IMG/VR virus record: IMGVR_UViG_3300048851_000040
Span: 1-42,018 of that record
Origin: a virus
Strand: one strand, 5' to 3'
Length of the DNA stretch: 42,018 nucleotides
Shown: positions 22,692-30,919 of the stretch, piece by piece
How the letters are laid out: each line of letters opens with the position of its first letter
Numbering within the stretch: position 1 is the first letter of the stretch
Translations under genes and position numbers: made by a program
Notes under the pieces: generated by a model
Database searches by the model: none
What the model was told of the DNA's origin: nothing
Seen by the model: the letters and a program-made list of their open reading frames with translations, nothing else

Positions 22692-23117
22692 CTAGGGGTA
22701 GATCTTGCTGCGGGTCGTCCAGACGGGGTGACACTGGGAGAAAATCTCCGCAAAGGCCCTCGATCGGAACTCATCGGGTGCAGCGTCCACGATATAAGGA
22801 GCGCTGGTGTTCTCCCCTACAGGTCTAGGCTCGGACGATCTCTTGCCATCGGCGCTGACCACCTTTAACTGCCTGTTGGCGGCCCCAGGCTCGCCGAGGA
22901 ACCATGAGAATCCCTGCGGAACGCATTGGCGCAGCTTGGTATAGCGGAACACGACCTTGGACTGTCCTTCAGGCATGGGTTCGACGGAAAGCAGGGTGAA
23001 CTTCGAATACGCCGGCCATAACCTGGATTCCATTTCTGGCCCCAGAATGAAGACAGCGGAGAGAATAAGTGCCGCGGTGAAGCCTGATAAGGCAACGTCT
23101 ACCACTTTCCGCATCAT
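22692..23117 (-). CDS. N-terminally membrane-anchored protein, last gene of the minus-strand block
   Basis: MMRKVVDVALSGFTAALILSAVFILGP..., followed by a ~110-aa extracytoplasmic-looking domain. ATGA overlap with the upstream gene. Confidence 0.6.
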   Translation of the reverse strand: MMRKVVDVALSGFTAALILSAVFILGPEMESRLWPAYSKFTLLSVEPMPEGQSKVVFRYTKLRQCVPQGFSWFLGEPGAANRQLKVVSADGKRSSEPRPVGENTSAPYIVDAAPDEFRSRAFAEIFSQCHPVWTTRSKIYP

Positions 23118-23473
23118 GCAAGCCCACCTTTGATCACCCATGTTGTGACGGCCAACAGGACCGCTCCAGCGATGACCCAGAGAGCTTTCGCCCCTACGCC
23201 CTTCATGTCCTTTACCTCGGAACGCAGTGCCTTTATGTCGGCGTCTGTTCTGTCCAGGCGCTCATAGAGAGCTTTATCTCGTTCGTCTTCGCGGGCTTCA
23301 GCTATTTTGCGCGTAACCCAGTACTCCTCCACAAGCTTTAATCGGGCGTCCATAAGCATCACTCTTTCGATAACGGAGGAAATGCTTTCACCGTGACGTG
23401 TAATGTAATGATCCAAGCGCTTCAGTTCGTTGGGGATGTCACGTGCCGGCTCTTCGTTGACTTGGGGGCTCAT
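23114..23473 (-). CDS. Coiled-coil protein with C-terminal TM anchor
   Basis: 119 aa ending ...GVGAKALWVIAGAVLLAVTTWVIKGGLA. AAGGA is upstream. Confidence 0.6.
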   Translation of the reverse strand: MSPQVNEEPARDIPNELKRLDHYITRHGESISSVIERVMLMDARLKLVEEYWVTRKIAEAREDERDKALYERLDRTDADIKALRSEVKDMKGVGAKALWVIAGAVLLAVTTWVIKGGLA

Positions 23474-23589
23474 TGTATTCCTTTACCTGTCAGGCACATT
23501 GCGAATGGGAGCGCTTAAGACTTGAGGAACCAATGGCGGGTAATGTACACGCAGCCGTTGCGATCCAACGTATCGTTGCGGTTAGATCT

Positions 23590-23615
23590 GGCGCCTCGGG
23601 TCACAACGAGGCGCC
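23590..23615 (-). terminator. 9-bp perfect GC-rich hairpin just after the spanin genes (possible terminator or attenuator, no clear U-tract)
   Basis: ggcgcctcg ggtcacaa cgaggcgcc, read directly. Confidence 0.35.
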
Positions 23616-23622
23616 GGGTCGC

Positions 23623-23844
23623 TTATTTCCTGCAGGCTGCATCCTTGCGACACTGCTGGTTATTGCTTGAGATCGCCGGCCCTGCCGTTTCATCCTGGGA
23701 TGCTGCGAGCGCGGTCTTGGCGTCCTTGAACCGGACGAACTGGTAGCCGCTACCGTTCATCGACACAGCTTGATTCTGGCAGCCCGCTGTCACGCATGAA
23801 CACAAGGCAACGCTCACGAGCAGGCAAAGTCTTGAATGCGGCAT
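23623..23844 (-). CDS. o-spanin (outer-membrane lipoprotein)
   Basis: MPHSRLCLLVSVALCSCVTAGC.. is a signal peptide plus lipobox-like TAGC. It overlaps the 3' end of the i-spanin gene in another frame. Confidence 0.65.
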   Translation of the reverse strand: MPHSRLCLLVSVALCSCVTAGCQNQAVSMNGSGYQFVRFKDAKTALAASQDETAGPAISSNNQQCRKDAACRK

Positions 23845-24025
23845 TGTTCTTCTCCAGATTTTGAATGCGGTTCAGCGCCTCTTTAGCGGCCTGCGCGGCG
23901 ATGACCTGTCGTTCTCCCGTGGCGCCGATCCACTTGGCCGGGAGGAACATGAGGCCCGCGCCGACCACGAGGCCGACAACGCCGATTGCGGGGATCTTGA
24001 TAGCGTCGGGGATAAAGGACAGCAT
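23750..24025 (-). CDS. i-spanin
   Basis: N-terminal TM (IPAIGVVGLVVGAGLMFLP) followed by a coiled coil. Immediately after the endolysin. Confidence 0.65.
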   Translation of the reverse strand: MLSFIPDAIKIPAIGVVGLVVGAGLMFLPAKWIGATGERQVIAAQAAKEALNRIQNLEKNNAAFKTLPARERCLVFMRDSGLPESSCVDER

Positions 24026-24978
24026 CAGGCTTCAAGCTCCTGTCGAATGGTCTTGATGCGCCGGACGATCCACACGCCGCCGACCAGCACCACGGCAATC
24101 ACGACGACACCAATGCCGGCGATCATGATGAGCGCGTCCCGATCCATGCCGGCGAACCACGATGCGCCGCCGCCAGCGCCGAACAGGCCGCCGAAGATCC
24201 ACGAGATCCAGTTCGTCTTCTGCCGGACTTCGGTTTCCACCTTCTTGGGGACGGTCGGCTTTTCCACCTCGACGGTGGTCTCTTCCGTGACGGGGGCGTT
24301 CTTCACTTCCGGCCGGTCGGCCTCGCCCCTGGTCATGGCCACCAATCGCTTGTGCATCTCGGCGCGGGTCTGGGGGCCGCTCACGCCGTCAACCTTCAGC
24401 TTTGCAGAGGTCTGGAAGGCCTTGATATCGGCAGGAGGAAGGCCGAGGAGGACGAGTGCGGCGCGGTCATAGTAGGACAGACGGTCCTCATAGCCGTTCA
24501 GGCCGCCATTTACCTTGCGGGTGATCATCTCGATGTCGTTGGTGTCGGCGTATTTGTTGAGGTTGCGCGTCGTCCAGTACCAGACAACGGACCATCCGGC
24601 CCACGGTGACGTTGCCATCAGTTCCGGCTTGTCGACAAAGTTAGGAGGGTTGAGCCCCCTACCCTGGCACCATTTGTAGAATGCGGTCGTGTTGGTGCGG
24701 CCGGTGATTTGGATTGGCCCATAGCCGCGGTACTTCGATCCGTCGCCCTTCTGGGTGTTGCCGAGATCCTTGCGGCCCTCATAGCGCTGCTGGGCTGCTG
24801 TCGGGCCCCAGACCTCGCGGTCGTAGATCAAGCCGCCGCTCTCGTGCATGACCTGAGCCAGGACGTGGGCGAGTTGATGTGGCTTGTAAACATCAGAGAT
24901 TGCTACAATGGCGCTGAGCAGGTTTTTCTTAGGCGCCTTGCTCTTGCTGATCTTGCGGAGTTGCGCTTCAGTGAGCAT
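24025..24978 (-). CDS. GH19-type endolysin with peptidoglycan-binding repeat and two C-terminal TM helices
   Basis: ..LAQVMHESGGLIYDRE...YRGYGPIQITG.. (GH19); ..FQTSAKLKVDGVSGPQTRAEM.. (PG_binding_1-like); C-terminal WISWIFGGLFGAGGGASWFAG and ALIMIAGIGVVVIAVVLVGGVWIV. Confidence 0.8.
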   Translation of the reverse strand: MLTEAQLRKISKSKAPKKNLLSAIVAISDVYKPHQLAHVLAQVMHESGGLIYDREVWGPTAAQQRYEGRKDLGNTQKGDGSKYRGYGPIQITGRTNTTAFYKWCQGRGLNPPNFVDKPELMATSPWAGWSVVWYWTTRNLNKYADTNDIEMITRKVNGGLNGYEDRLSYYDRAALVLLGLPPADIKAFQTSAKLKVDGVSGPQTRAEMHKRLVAMTRGEADRPEVKNAPVTEETTVEVEKPTVPKKVETEVRQKTNWISWIFGGLFGAGGGASWFAGMDRDALIMIAGIGVVVIAVVLVGGVWIVRRIKTIRQELEA

Positions 24979-25035
24979 AGCAAAACCTCCGCGCGAAGTT
25001 GCGGGTCATGTGTTTTCCTTTTGGGGCTATGTTTG

Positions 25036-26193
25036 ATGAATGGAATAGAGCGGCTGAAGCCGGGCAGTCATCTACCGGAGCTTGACGGCATCCGAGGCGC
25101 AGCAGTCCTTATGGTCGTTCTGCTGCATGCGATGTTCGGCATCATGACGCCGGAATTTCAGTATCAGGTGCCGGGACCGCTTTACCGATTTGTCTTCGGG
25201 GGAGGCGGTGGGGTTGATCTGTTCTTCGTCCTGTCCGGCTTCCTGATCGGTGGGATTCTGGTCGATCACAAAGACGCCGACAACTATTTCAAAGTCTTCT
25301 GGATCAGGCGCGCGGCTCGCATCCTGCCGGTCTATCTGCTTCTGATGGCAACCTATGTCGTCGCCAAGCAGGTCGGACAGGACGGTGCGCCGTGGTTCCA
25401 CGCCTTCCTGATGAAAGACCCGCTCCCGACTTGGACCTATCTGACATTCACCCAGAATTACTTCATGGCGGCGGAAAACACAGGCGGAGCCCGCTGGATC
25501 GGCATCACATGGTCATTGGCGGTCGAGGAGCAGTTTTACCTAATCTTCCCGTTTGTCGTCTTCTTTCTGTCCAAGAAGACCGTGATGAAGGTCGCGCTCG
25601 GGATATTGATCCTGGCTCCGATCCTGCGCGGCTACCTGTGGCAGCACTACGGGTTCTACGTGGGCTACTTCCCAACCCCTGCCCGAGCTGACGGCCTGAT
25701 GTTCGGAGTGGTCGCCGCTTACCTTATCCGAAGCCCTAAGCTTCAGTGGATGGCAGATCGTCGGATCATTCTCGACATCCTCGCTGGCGTTGCGATCTAC
25801 ATCCTGATGTGGAAGGCCAAGTGGGTCGGCGAGTCCGGCGCCTTCAGCCTAAGATCAGCCCTCTTCGCCTATGCCATCGTCCGGATTTTCATCACCGATG
25901 GAGCCTATCGGAAAGTCCTGCGCTCGCGGTTCATGGTCTTCATGGGCCTGATTTCCTACTCTTTCTACATGTACCATCAGGCGGTAAATGGGCTCTTCCA
26001 CGGATACTTTTTCAGTCAGGTTCCGAGGATTGAAAACTGGTCAGGCGTGGCAGTCGGCATGTGCGTTCTGTTGGTTTCAGGCGCCCTCGCAACCCTCTCT
26101 ACCCGTTACTTCGAAAAGCCGTTCCGAGACCTCGGGAAGCGCTTCAAATACCGGAGAGAGTCCGTCGCGCCCGCTTACGGCCAGACTATCTGA
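25036..26193 (+). CDS. Acyltransferase family 3 (OafA/Oac-like polysaccharide O-acyltransferase)
   Basis: 385 aa from ATG 25036. ..LPELDGIRGAAVLMVVLLH.. and ..WSLAVEEQFYLIFP.. motifs, about 10 TM. The track start at 24709 overlaps the endolysin gene. Confidence 0.85.
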   Translation: MNGIERLKPGSHLPELDGIRGAAVLMVVLLHAMFGIMTPEFQYQVPGPLYRFVFGGGGGVDLFFVLSGFLIGGILVDHKDADNYFKVFWIRRAARILPVYLLLMATYVVAKQVGQDGAPWFHAFLMKDPLPTWTYLTFTQNYFMAAENTGGARWIGITWSLAVEEQFYLIFPFVVFFLSKKTVMKVALGILILAPILRGYLWQHYGFYVGYFPTPARADGLMFGVVAAYLIRSPKLQWMADRRIILDILAGVAIYILMWKAKWVGESGAFSLRSALFAYAIVRIFITDGAYRKVLRSRFMVFMGLISYSFYMYHQAVNGLFHGYFFSQVPRIENWSGVAVGMCVLLVSGALATLSTRYFEKPFRDLGKRFKYRRESVAPAYGQTI

Positions 26194-26519
26194 GGGAGTT
26201 CGCTCAGGAATTTATCCACGCTTGGCTGTCCGCGCTCTCCCGCTTGGACCTTTGACAGTTCGGAATAGGCGTACTGCCAGACGTTATCGCGCCATGCCTT
26301 GAACGCTTTGGCCTCGGCGTCCCATTGCTGAACTGTCGACCCATCATATGAGGCCATGGAGTTGCCGTCAGCGTAACGGCGTGATCGGGCCGCTTCGTCA
26401 ACGACGGACTGGACAGCCGCCTGATAATCTTCCAGGGCGTCAGTCGGGGTTAGGTTCGGTAGCGCTTCTTCTCGATAGGTGACCTTCCCATCAAGGGCTA
26501 TCTCAGCGATTCTAGCCAT
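26175..26519 (-). CDS. Tail fibre assembly / chaperone-like protein
   Basis: ..QQWDAEAKAFKAWRDNVWQYAYSEL..V.AGERGQPSVDKFLSELP.. pattern, directly after the tail fibre gene. The ATG at 26519 lies 2 nt after the upstream stop. Confidence 0.5.
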   Translation of the reverse strand: MARIAEIALDGKVTYREEALPNLTPTDALEDYQAAVQSVVDEAARSRRYADGNSMASYDGSTVQQWDAEAKAFKAWRDNVWQYAYSELSKVQAGERGQPSVDKFLSELPQIVWP

Positions 26520-26521
26520 TC

Positions 26522-27772
26522 TCAATACTCCGCATAGAGAGCGTAGGTGCCAGCATCGGGAATGTCCGTGCCTCCTACCGATGTCAGCCGAATTCCATCA
26601 AGCGTTCCCGCAAGCGTTTTTGATCCAGATCCCAACGTCACGCCAGCGGTGTTGCTAAGGGCGCCTTTTATGGAGGCAACCCACGTGTTCGTGTCCTGTA
26701 GGACAATCTCAATCTGGGTATGCAAAACCGTAGTTGCAGCGATGTTGCCCAACAAGCTGAACCCAACCGATATGTTGCCGGCCGTCGTCGTGCCAGTGGT
26801 CAAAGTCGCTGCAGATCCGGAATACCCAGATGTTTCCGCTGCCCCCCCTGTCTTTAACTGGATGATTGGAACCGAAGATCCGTTTGTGCTGTATGCAGAG
26901 AGGGCCAGCACCAACCGTCTAGGCCCTGTCGGAACTGCAAGGTCAACGGCTGCCGTCGTCGGGATTGTCCCAGAGGACAATCGAACCATCCCGACCGTCA
27001 TATCGCGATCCTGGAGTGTCAGGGTCCGATCTGCCGTCATGGCCGTATTGTCGAACAGCGCGGCGCGCGGCGTGCCGGCCGCATTGAACAGCTTGAACGT
27101 AGCGGATGCGAATTGCGCGTTGGAGATCGTGCGGGAGGTCTTGAAGAGGCCGAGGACGACTTCGGATGTCGTCATGCTCACCAGGGCCGAGGCCGAAACG
27201 TCGTAGATCCCCCACTTGTCGCCGTTCGCCAGATTGGCGCCCGTCAGCGCTGGAGCGTTGTTGATCGCGTCCCCTGTCGCGTCGGTAATGCCGAGCGTGG
27301 CGCGCGCCGCAGCAGCATTCGCATCGTCAAGGAGGGTCTGGATGAAGGGTGAGACGCCCAAGGTCGTCAGTGCATCGCCGGCCGTCGCGTCGTCCAGCAG
27401 TGAGCGGGCATACGGCGACAGGTCCGCGACCGCATAGGTATTGGAGGCGGTCGAATAGATCATCTTGTTGGCGGATGTCGTCAGGCCAGCAATGGAGGTG
27501 AGCGCGGGGCTCAATGGCTGGATATCGCCACCAATGATTGATGCAGCGGCGTCAACGACGGCAGAAAAAGGAATGATGCTGTAGGTATCAACATCCCGCG
27601 TCCATGCCTGGAAAAACGTTTCGTCCTCATCGGGCACCGCCTCGACAACGGCCAACTGGCCGAAATCTGGGCTGACGATGAGGTCAACGTCCTCTCGTTC
27701 GACCATGATGCCGCCCGTGCCAGTGATGCGGGCCGGATAGCGAGGGAGGACGCGAAGTCTAAGATTGGTCAT
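26522..27772 (-). CDS. Tail fibre protein
   Basis: 416 aa. Tandem ..ARSLLDDATAGDALTTLGVS.. / ..IQTLLDDANAAAARATLGIT.. fibre repeats, with a T/S/G/A-rich beta C-terminus. Confidence 0.75.
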   Translation of the reverse strand: MTNLRLRVLPRYPARITGTGGIMVEREDVDLIVSPDFGQLAVVEAVPDEDETFFQAWTRDVDTYSIIPFSAVVDAAASIIGGDIQPLSPALTSIAGLTTSANKMIYSTASNTYAVADLSPYARSLLDDATAGDALTTLGVSPFIQTLLDDANAAAARATLGITDATGDAINNAPALTGANLANGDKWGIYDVSASALVSMTTSEVVLGLFKTSRTISNAQFASATFKLFNAAGTPRAALFDNTAMTADRTLTLQDRDMTVGMVRLSSGTIPTTAAVDLAVPTGPRRLVLALSAYSTNGSSVPIIQLKTGGAAETSGYSGSAATLTTGTTTAGNISVGFSLLGNIAATTVLHTQIEIVLQDTNTWVASIKGALSNTAGVTLGSGSKTLAGTLDGIRLTSVGGTDIPDAGTYALYAEY

Positions 27773-28116
27773 CGTGAAACGATCCCGTCAAGGAGAGGTA
27801 GGGTGCCGATCAAAAATTGAGAGGTGTAGTCGTCGCGCTCGATCGTGACGCCAATCTCATAGGTTCCGGCGCACAACCCGGCCATGTCCGAGCGGGTGAA
27901 TTGCATCTCCAGAACGCCATTGCCCAGATCGACGATCTTGCCGTTGTCGATGGTGGCGGTCAGTCTGGGGGAATAACAGCGGCTCTCGCGAACCTCGATC
28001 GTGACGGAGACGCCTGTAAGGTCGGTTATGGTCTCGTCCGTATCGTCATTGACGATCTCGAACGGCATGGACCAGTCGGCCCGATTTGAAACGGGGGAAA
28101 GTGTGGCCTGATACAT
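27769..28116 (-). CDS. Tail-associated hypothetical protein
   Basis: 115 aa, beta-rich, between two fibre genes. Confidence 0.5.
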   Translation of the reverse strand: MYQATLSPVSNRADWSMPFEIVNDDTDETITDLTGVSVTIEVRESRCYSPRLTATIDNGKIVDLGNGVLEMQFTRSDMAGLCAGTYEIGVTIERDDYTSQFLIGTLPLLDGIVSR

Positions 28117-28118
28117 GT

Positions 28119-29054
28119 CTACAGCCTTATGTACATCGTGACCGCTATGGACGGCTGAACGTTGGAGTGGGCCGTGCCACCGCCCTGAGCTGTGACCGTG
28201 TGCGCGTGGTCGCCAGACGAGCTAGTAACGCCGGCCCCGTTAAGCTCGATATCGTCAGGGCTACCGCCGCCGACAGACCCGCCCGCCACTGCTCTCGTGT
28301 AGGTGTGGGTATGGGCACCCGCGGTTGAAGTCGTGCCGCCGTGGTCATGTGACGGGATCTGGGCGACCGTCAGGACGACCGACTGAGCGCCGACCGTGTA
28401 ACCGAGGTCTGTAGCACCAGTGAGATTGCCGGCCGCCAAATTGCCCATGTCGTCCAGGCCGACCAGAACGCGCCCGCGCAAGTCCGGCAGGGTAAGAGGC
28501 TTGTTTGCCGCCCAATCAGCCGCCGCACTGCCTCCCCTGCCCCCGGCTACGGCCAGATTGGGATCGGCGTTCCACAGGAATTCATAAAGCGCCTGGCAGT
28601 CCGAGTTAGCTCGCTCGGTCGCGCCGCTGACCGCCGTGCCGATGGATCGGGCGTTGCTTCTGACAAACCCGTCAAGGAAGCCTTCCCCATAGCGCGCCTT
28701 GAGATCGCCGGTCTTAAAGACCGCATTCGGATCTACCGGAGCGTCACCGCCGCCACTACCCTCGTTCGGGCCGATGATCGGCACCTGGTCGAAGTCGTAG
28801 ATGATCACGCCGCTCGCTGTGGTGACGCGGATGCGGTAGAAGCTCTCCGCCTCGTCATCGAAATAGACGGTCGGCCAGCGCCCGTATCCATCCGTCGAGA
28901 GCGGGTTCGGATGGGGAGTAAGCAGGCCATAGTCCTGATACACGCTGATGGGCGTGGTAGTGCCCCCCTCATAAAAGAAGGCCTTGGCGCCGACGATCGG
29001 CTTGCCGTTCAGGTCATTGATCTGGGAGAAGGACTGCGGCCAAAAACCTGACAT
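28119..29054 (-). CDS. Tail fibre protein with phage tail-collar domain
   Basis: ..LTLPDLRGRVLVGLD.. collar motif, with a His/Gly-rich C-terminus (SHDHGG..AHTHTY..GDHAHTV..). Confidence 0.75.
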   Translation of the reverse strand: MSGFWPQSFSQINDLNGKPIVGAKAFFYEGGTTTPISVYQDYGLLTPHPNPLSTDGYGRWPTVYFDDEAESFYRIRVTTASGVIIYDFDQVPIIGPNEGSGGGDAPVDPNAVFKTGDLKARYGEGFLDGFVRSNARSIGTAVSGATERANSDCQALYEFLWNADPNLAVAGGRGGSAAADWAANKPLTLPDLRGRVLVGLDDMGNLAAGNLTGATDLGYTVGAQSVVLTVAQIPSHDHGGTTSTAGAHTHTYTRAVAGGSVGGGSPDDIELNGAGVTSSSGDHAHTVTAQGGGTAHSNVQPSIAVTMYIRL

Positions 29055-29069
29055 GCGGTTTCCTCATGG

Positions 29070-29090
29070 AAAAAGGCCCCGGAGGGCCTT
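29070..29090 (-). terminator. Rho-independent terminator inside the late operon
   Basis: The minus strand reads AAGGCCC TCCG GGGCCTT TTT, located between the 596-aa gene stop and the RBS of the fibre gene. Confidence 0.7.
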
Positions 29091-29128
29091 GCAAAAAGAT
29101 TGTTCAGAGGTGAAAGATTTCGCCGATG

Positions 29129-30919
29129 CTAAAGCTCGTTCGGCAACAACATGCGCGGTTGGCCCTGTACACCGGTCTGCTGACCTTCTGGAGCCCGTTG
29201 ATCTTCGTTCCCCTGCTCTGCTGGCAGTTTCTGGACCCTGGAAATCGACGGGAATATCTGCGCCGCTACACTGCGGTCACCGGCTTCATTGGCGATCAGT
29301 GCCGCAACGGCGCGAGACGTGTTTTCAAGCGCCCGAAGAGAGGCATTTGATGGGCTTGTGGCGTGGGCGGAGTAGGCCCGGGAATAGGCTGCCAGCGCCT
29401 TCGCAGATACCGGCTTTGCTAGAGCCGAAGACAGTAGTCGAGAACCGACCACCGTTGAGATAGTCGTCATGGGCTCCGCATAGAGGCCCGGGATGAGCGC
29501 GCCGCCAATAACGGTCTGGCCTGTGCCGGAAGGGTTGGCGTACTGGTTCAACTGCTTGAAACGCCTTGAAACCGTAGCGATATCATCGAGCGAGGATGCA
29601 AGTTCACCCTTGCCGAACAGGGCTTGCTTGCCCTCGGGCGAGATTTTGCCATACCCGGAGATAAAGAGATCTGGTGAGAAGTTGTTGTCTTTGTCCCTGC
29701 CAAGCCGAGAAATGACACCGGAAGAAATCTCCTTCCACGTATCGTCCCCCACAGCGCCCTTGACGCGGGCAAGCGACACGCGGTCTGCCCTTGCATTGGA
29801 GCCGGCCATGGCCGTGACGCGATCGAACAGGCGCTCGTCCGAGATATCCCGGCCCAAGACCTTCTGAAGCCCTTCACGCTCTCGCGCGGTCCTCGCCGCA
29901 AGCTGGTTGGCGGCCTCGAACGCCTGGGTAGCCTTCTCTCCACCGCTACGCGACACTGCGTTCTTCAGATCCGCGGTCAGGCTGCCGTAGATCCGGCGAA
30001 GTTCGGCTTCCGACATATCGGCCGGCAACAGCGAGGGATTGTCGAGGATTTCCCCGACTGAGGTGCGGAGATCCTTGATCCCCTGATAATTGAGCCCATC
30101 GGGCGTATCGAGTGCCTGACGAACACGGCCGATCGCGGCACTTTCCGGGAGTTTCGCGTTGGCGCGGCGACCGGATATGTCGAGCGCGACCTTGGCCGTC
30201 TCCGAAAGAGGCGTCGTGACGTTCTGCGTAACCAGGCTGTCAACACTATTGTAAGCATCGGAGACCCGCGACCCGAGGGCCTTGGAATGGGCGGCGATCC
30301 CTTCCCGTGCCGCATTGCCGGCTGCAGCGACGTTGCCCGACCCTACGGTGGCCTGAACATTGTCGGCAGCCTGCCCGAGTTGGTCGATCGCAGTCTGTGA
30401 CGCCTTTCGAAGCGGAGTGCCGCCAAGAGGAACGTTCGTGAGGATCTTGCCGGTCTGCTGTACGGACGTGGAGTCGCTGGCAACGGCGCGGGGCAATGGG
30501 ATGTTGAGACGTTCTGCCGCCGCGGCTGCTTCCATGCCAGGACGATCGATGCGAGGAGCGTTGGCTGCAATGGCCTTCCCCGTACCTGCGGCAGCGCTCA
30601 TAGGCCCGAAGACGCCCGCAAATTCAGCAGAGCGGTCTATTGCTTCCTGGCTGCCTGGGTCGATGTTCCCGGCAAGAGCTTCACCCGGGAGCATGACGGC
30701 GCGTTTGACGGCGCCCACGATACCGGCGTTGCTATCGAAGCTGACGTTTCCTTCCGCATCCTTGGACAACGGCAGGATTGAGCCGGAATAGGCCTGCGAA
30801 GGCTGTTCTTCCGTTTTGGCTGGAGCGGGCTGCTGCGGAGCCGCATATTTCGACCAGGGACCGGGAGCAGCGGAGGGTGAGCCGGCCGGCGCCGCGTATT
30901 TTTCCCAGGGTCCGGCCAT
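29129..30919 (-). CDS. Internal virion / ejection protein (large, Ala-rich)
   Basis: 596 aa. Sits in a run of three genes after the gp10-like protein, as in P22-type podoviruses. Confidence 0.5.
   Translation of the reverse strand: MAGPWEKYAAPAGSPSAAPGPWSKYAAPQQPAPAKTEEQPSQAYSGSILPLSKDAEGNVSFDSNAGIVGAVKRAVMLPGEALAGNIDPGSQEAIDRSAEFAGVFGPMSAAAGTGKAIAANAPRIDRPGMEAAAAAERLNIPLPRAVASDSTSVQQTGKILTNVPLGGTPLRKASQTAIDQLGQAADNVQATVGSGNVAAAGNAAREGIAAHSKALGSRVSDAYNSVDSLVTQNVTTPLSETAKVALDISGRRANAKLPESAAIGRVRQALDTPDGLNYQGIKDLRTSVGEILDNPSLLPADMSEAELRRIYGSLTADLKNAVSRSGGEKATQAFEAANQLAARTAREREGLQKVLGRDISDERLFDRVTAMAGSNARADRVSLARVKGAVGDDTWKEISSGVISRLGRDKDNNFSPDLFISGYGKISPEGKQALFGKGELASSLDDIATVSRRFKQLNQYANPSGTGQTVIGGALIPGLYAEPMTTISTVVGSRLLSSALAKPVSAKALAAYSRAYSAHATSPSNASLRALENTSRAVAALIANEAGDRSVAAQIFPSISRVQKLPAEQGNEDQRAPEGQQTGVQGQPRMLLPNEL

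Noticed and set aside
24709-25035. N-terminal 109-aa extension of the acyltransferase ORF.
   Set aside because: It overlaps the 5' part of the endolysin gene on the other strand and has non-protein-like composition. The conserved acyltransferase N-terminus begins at MNGIERLKPG...LDGIRG (ATG 25036).
26212-26220. TTATCCACG, an 8/9 match to a DnaA box.
   Set aside because: It is a single copy inside a coding region with no cluster or AT-rich unwinding element nearby, which is consistent with chance.
26522-27772. Tandem LLDDAxA...LG repeats in the tail fibre, considered as an unusual repeat array.
   Set aside because: This is a common phage tail-fibre repeat motif at the protein level, not a DNA-level repeat or a diversity-generating target. 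No reverse transcriptase or template repeat is present.
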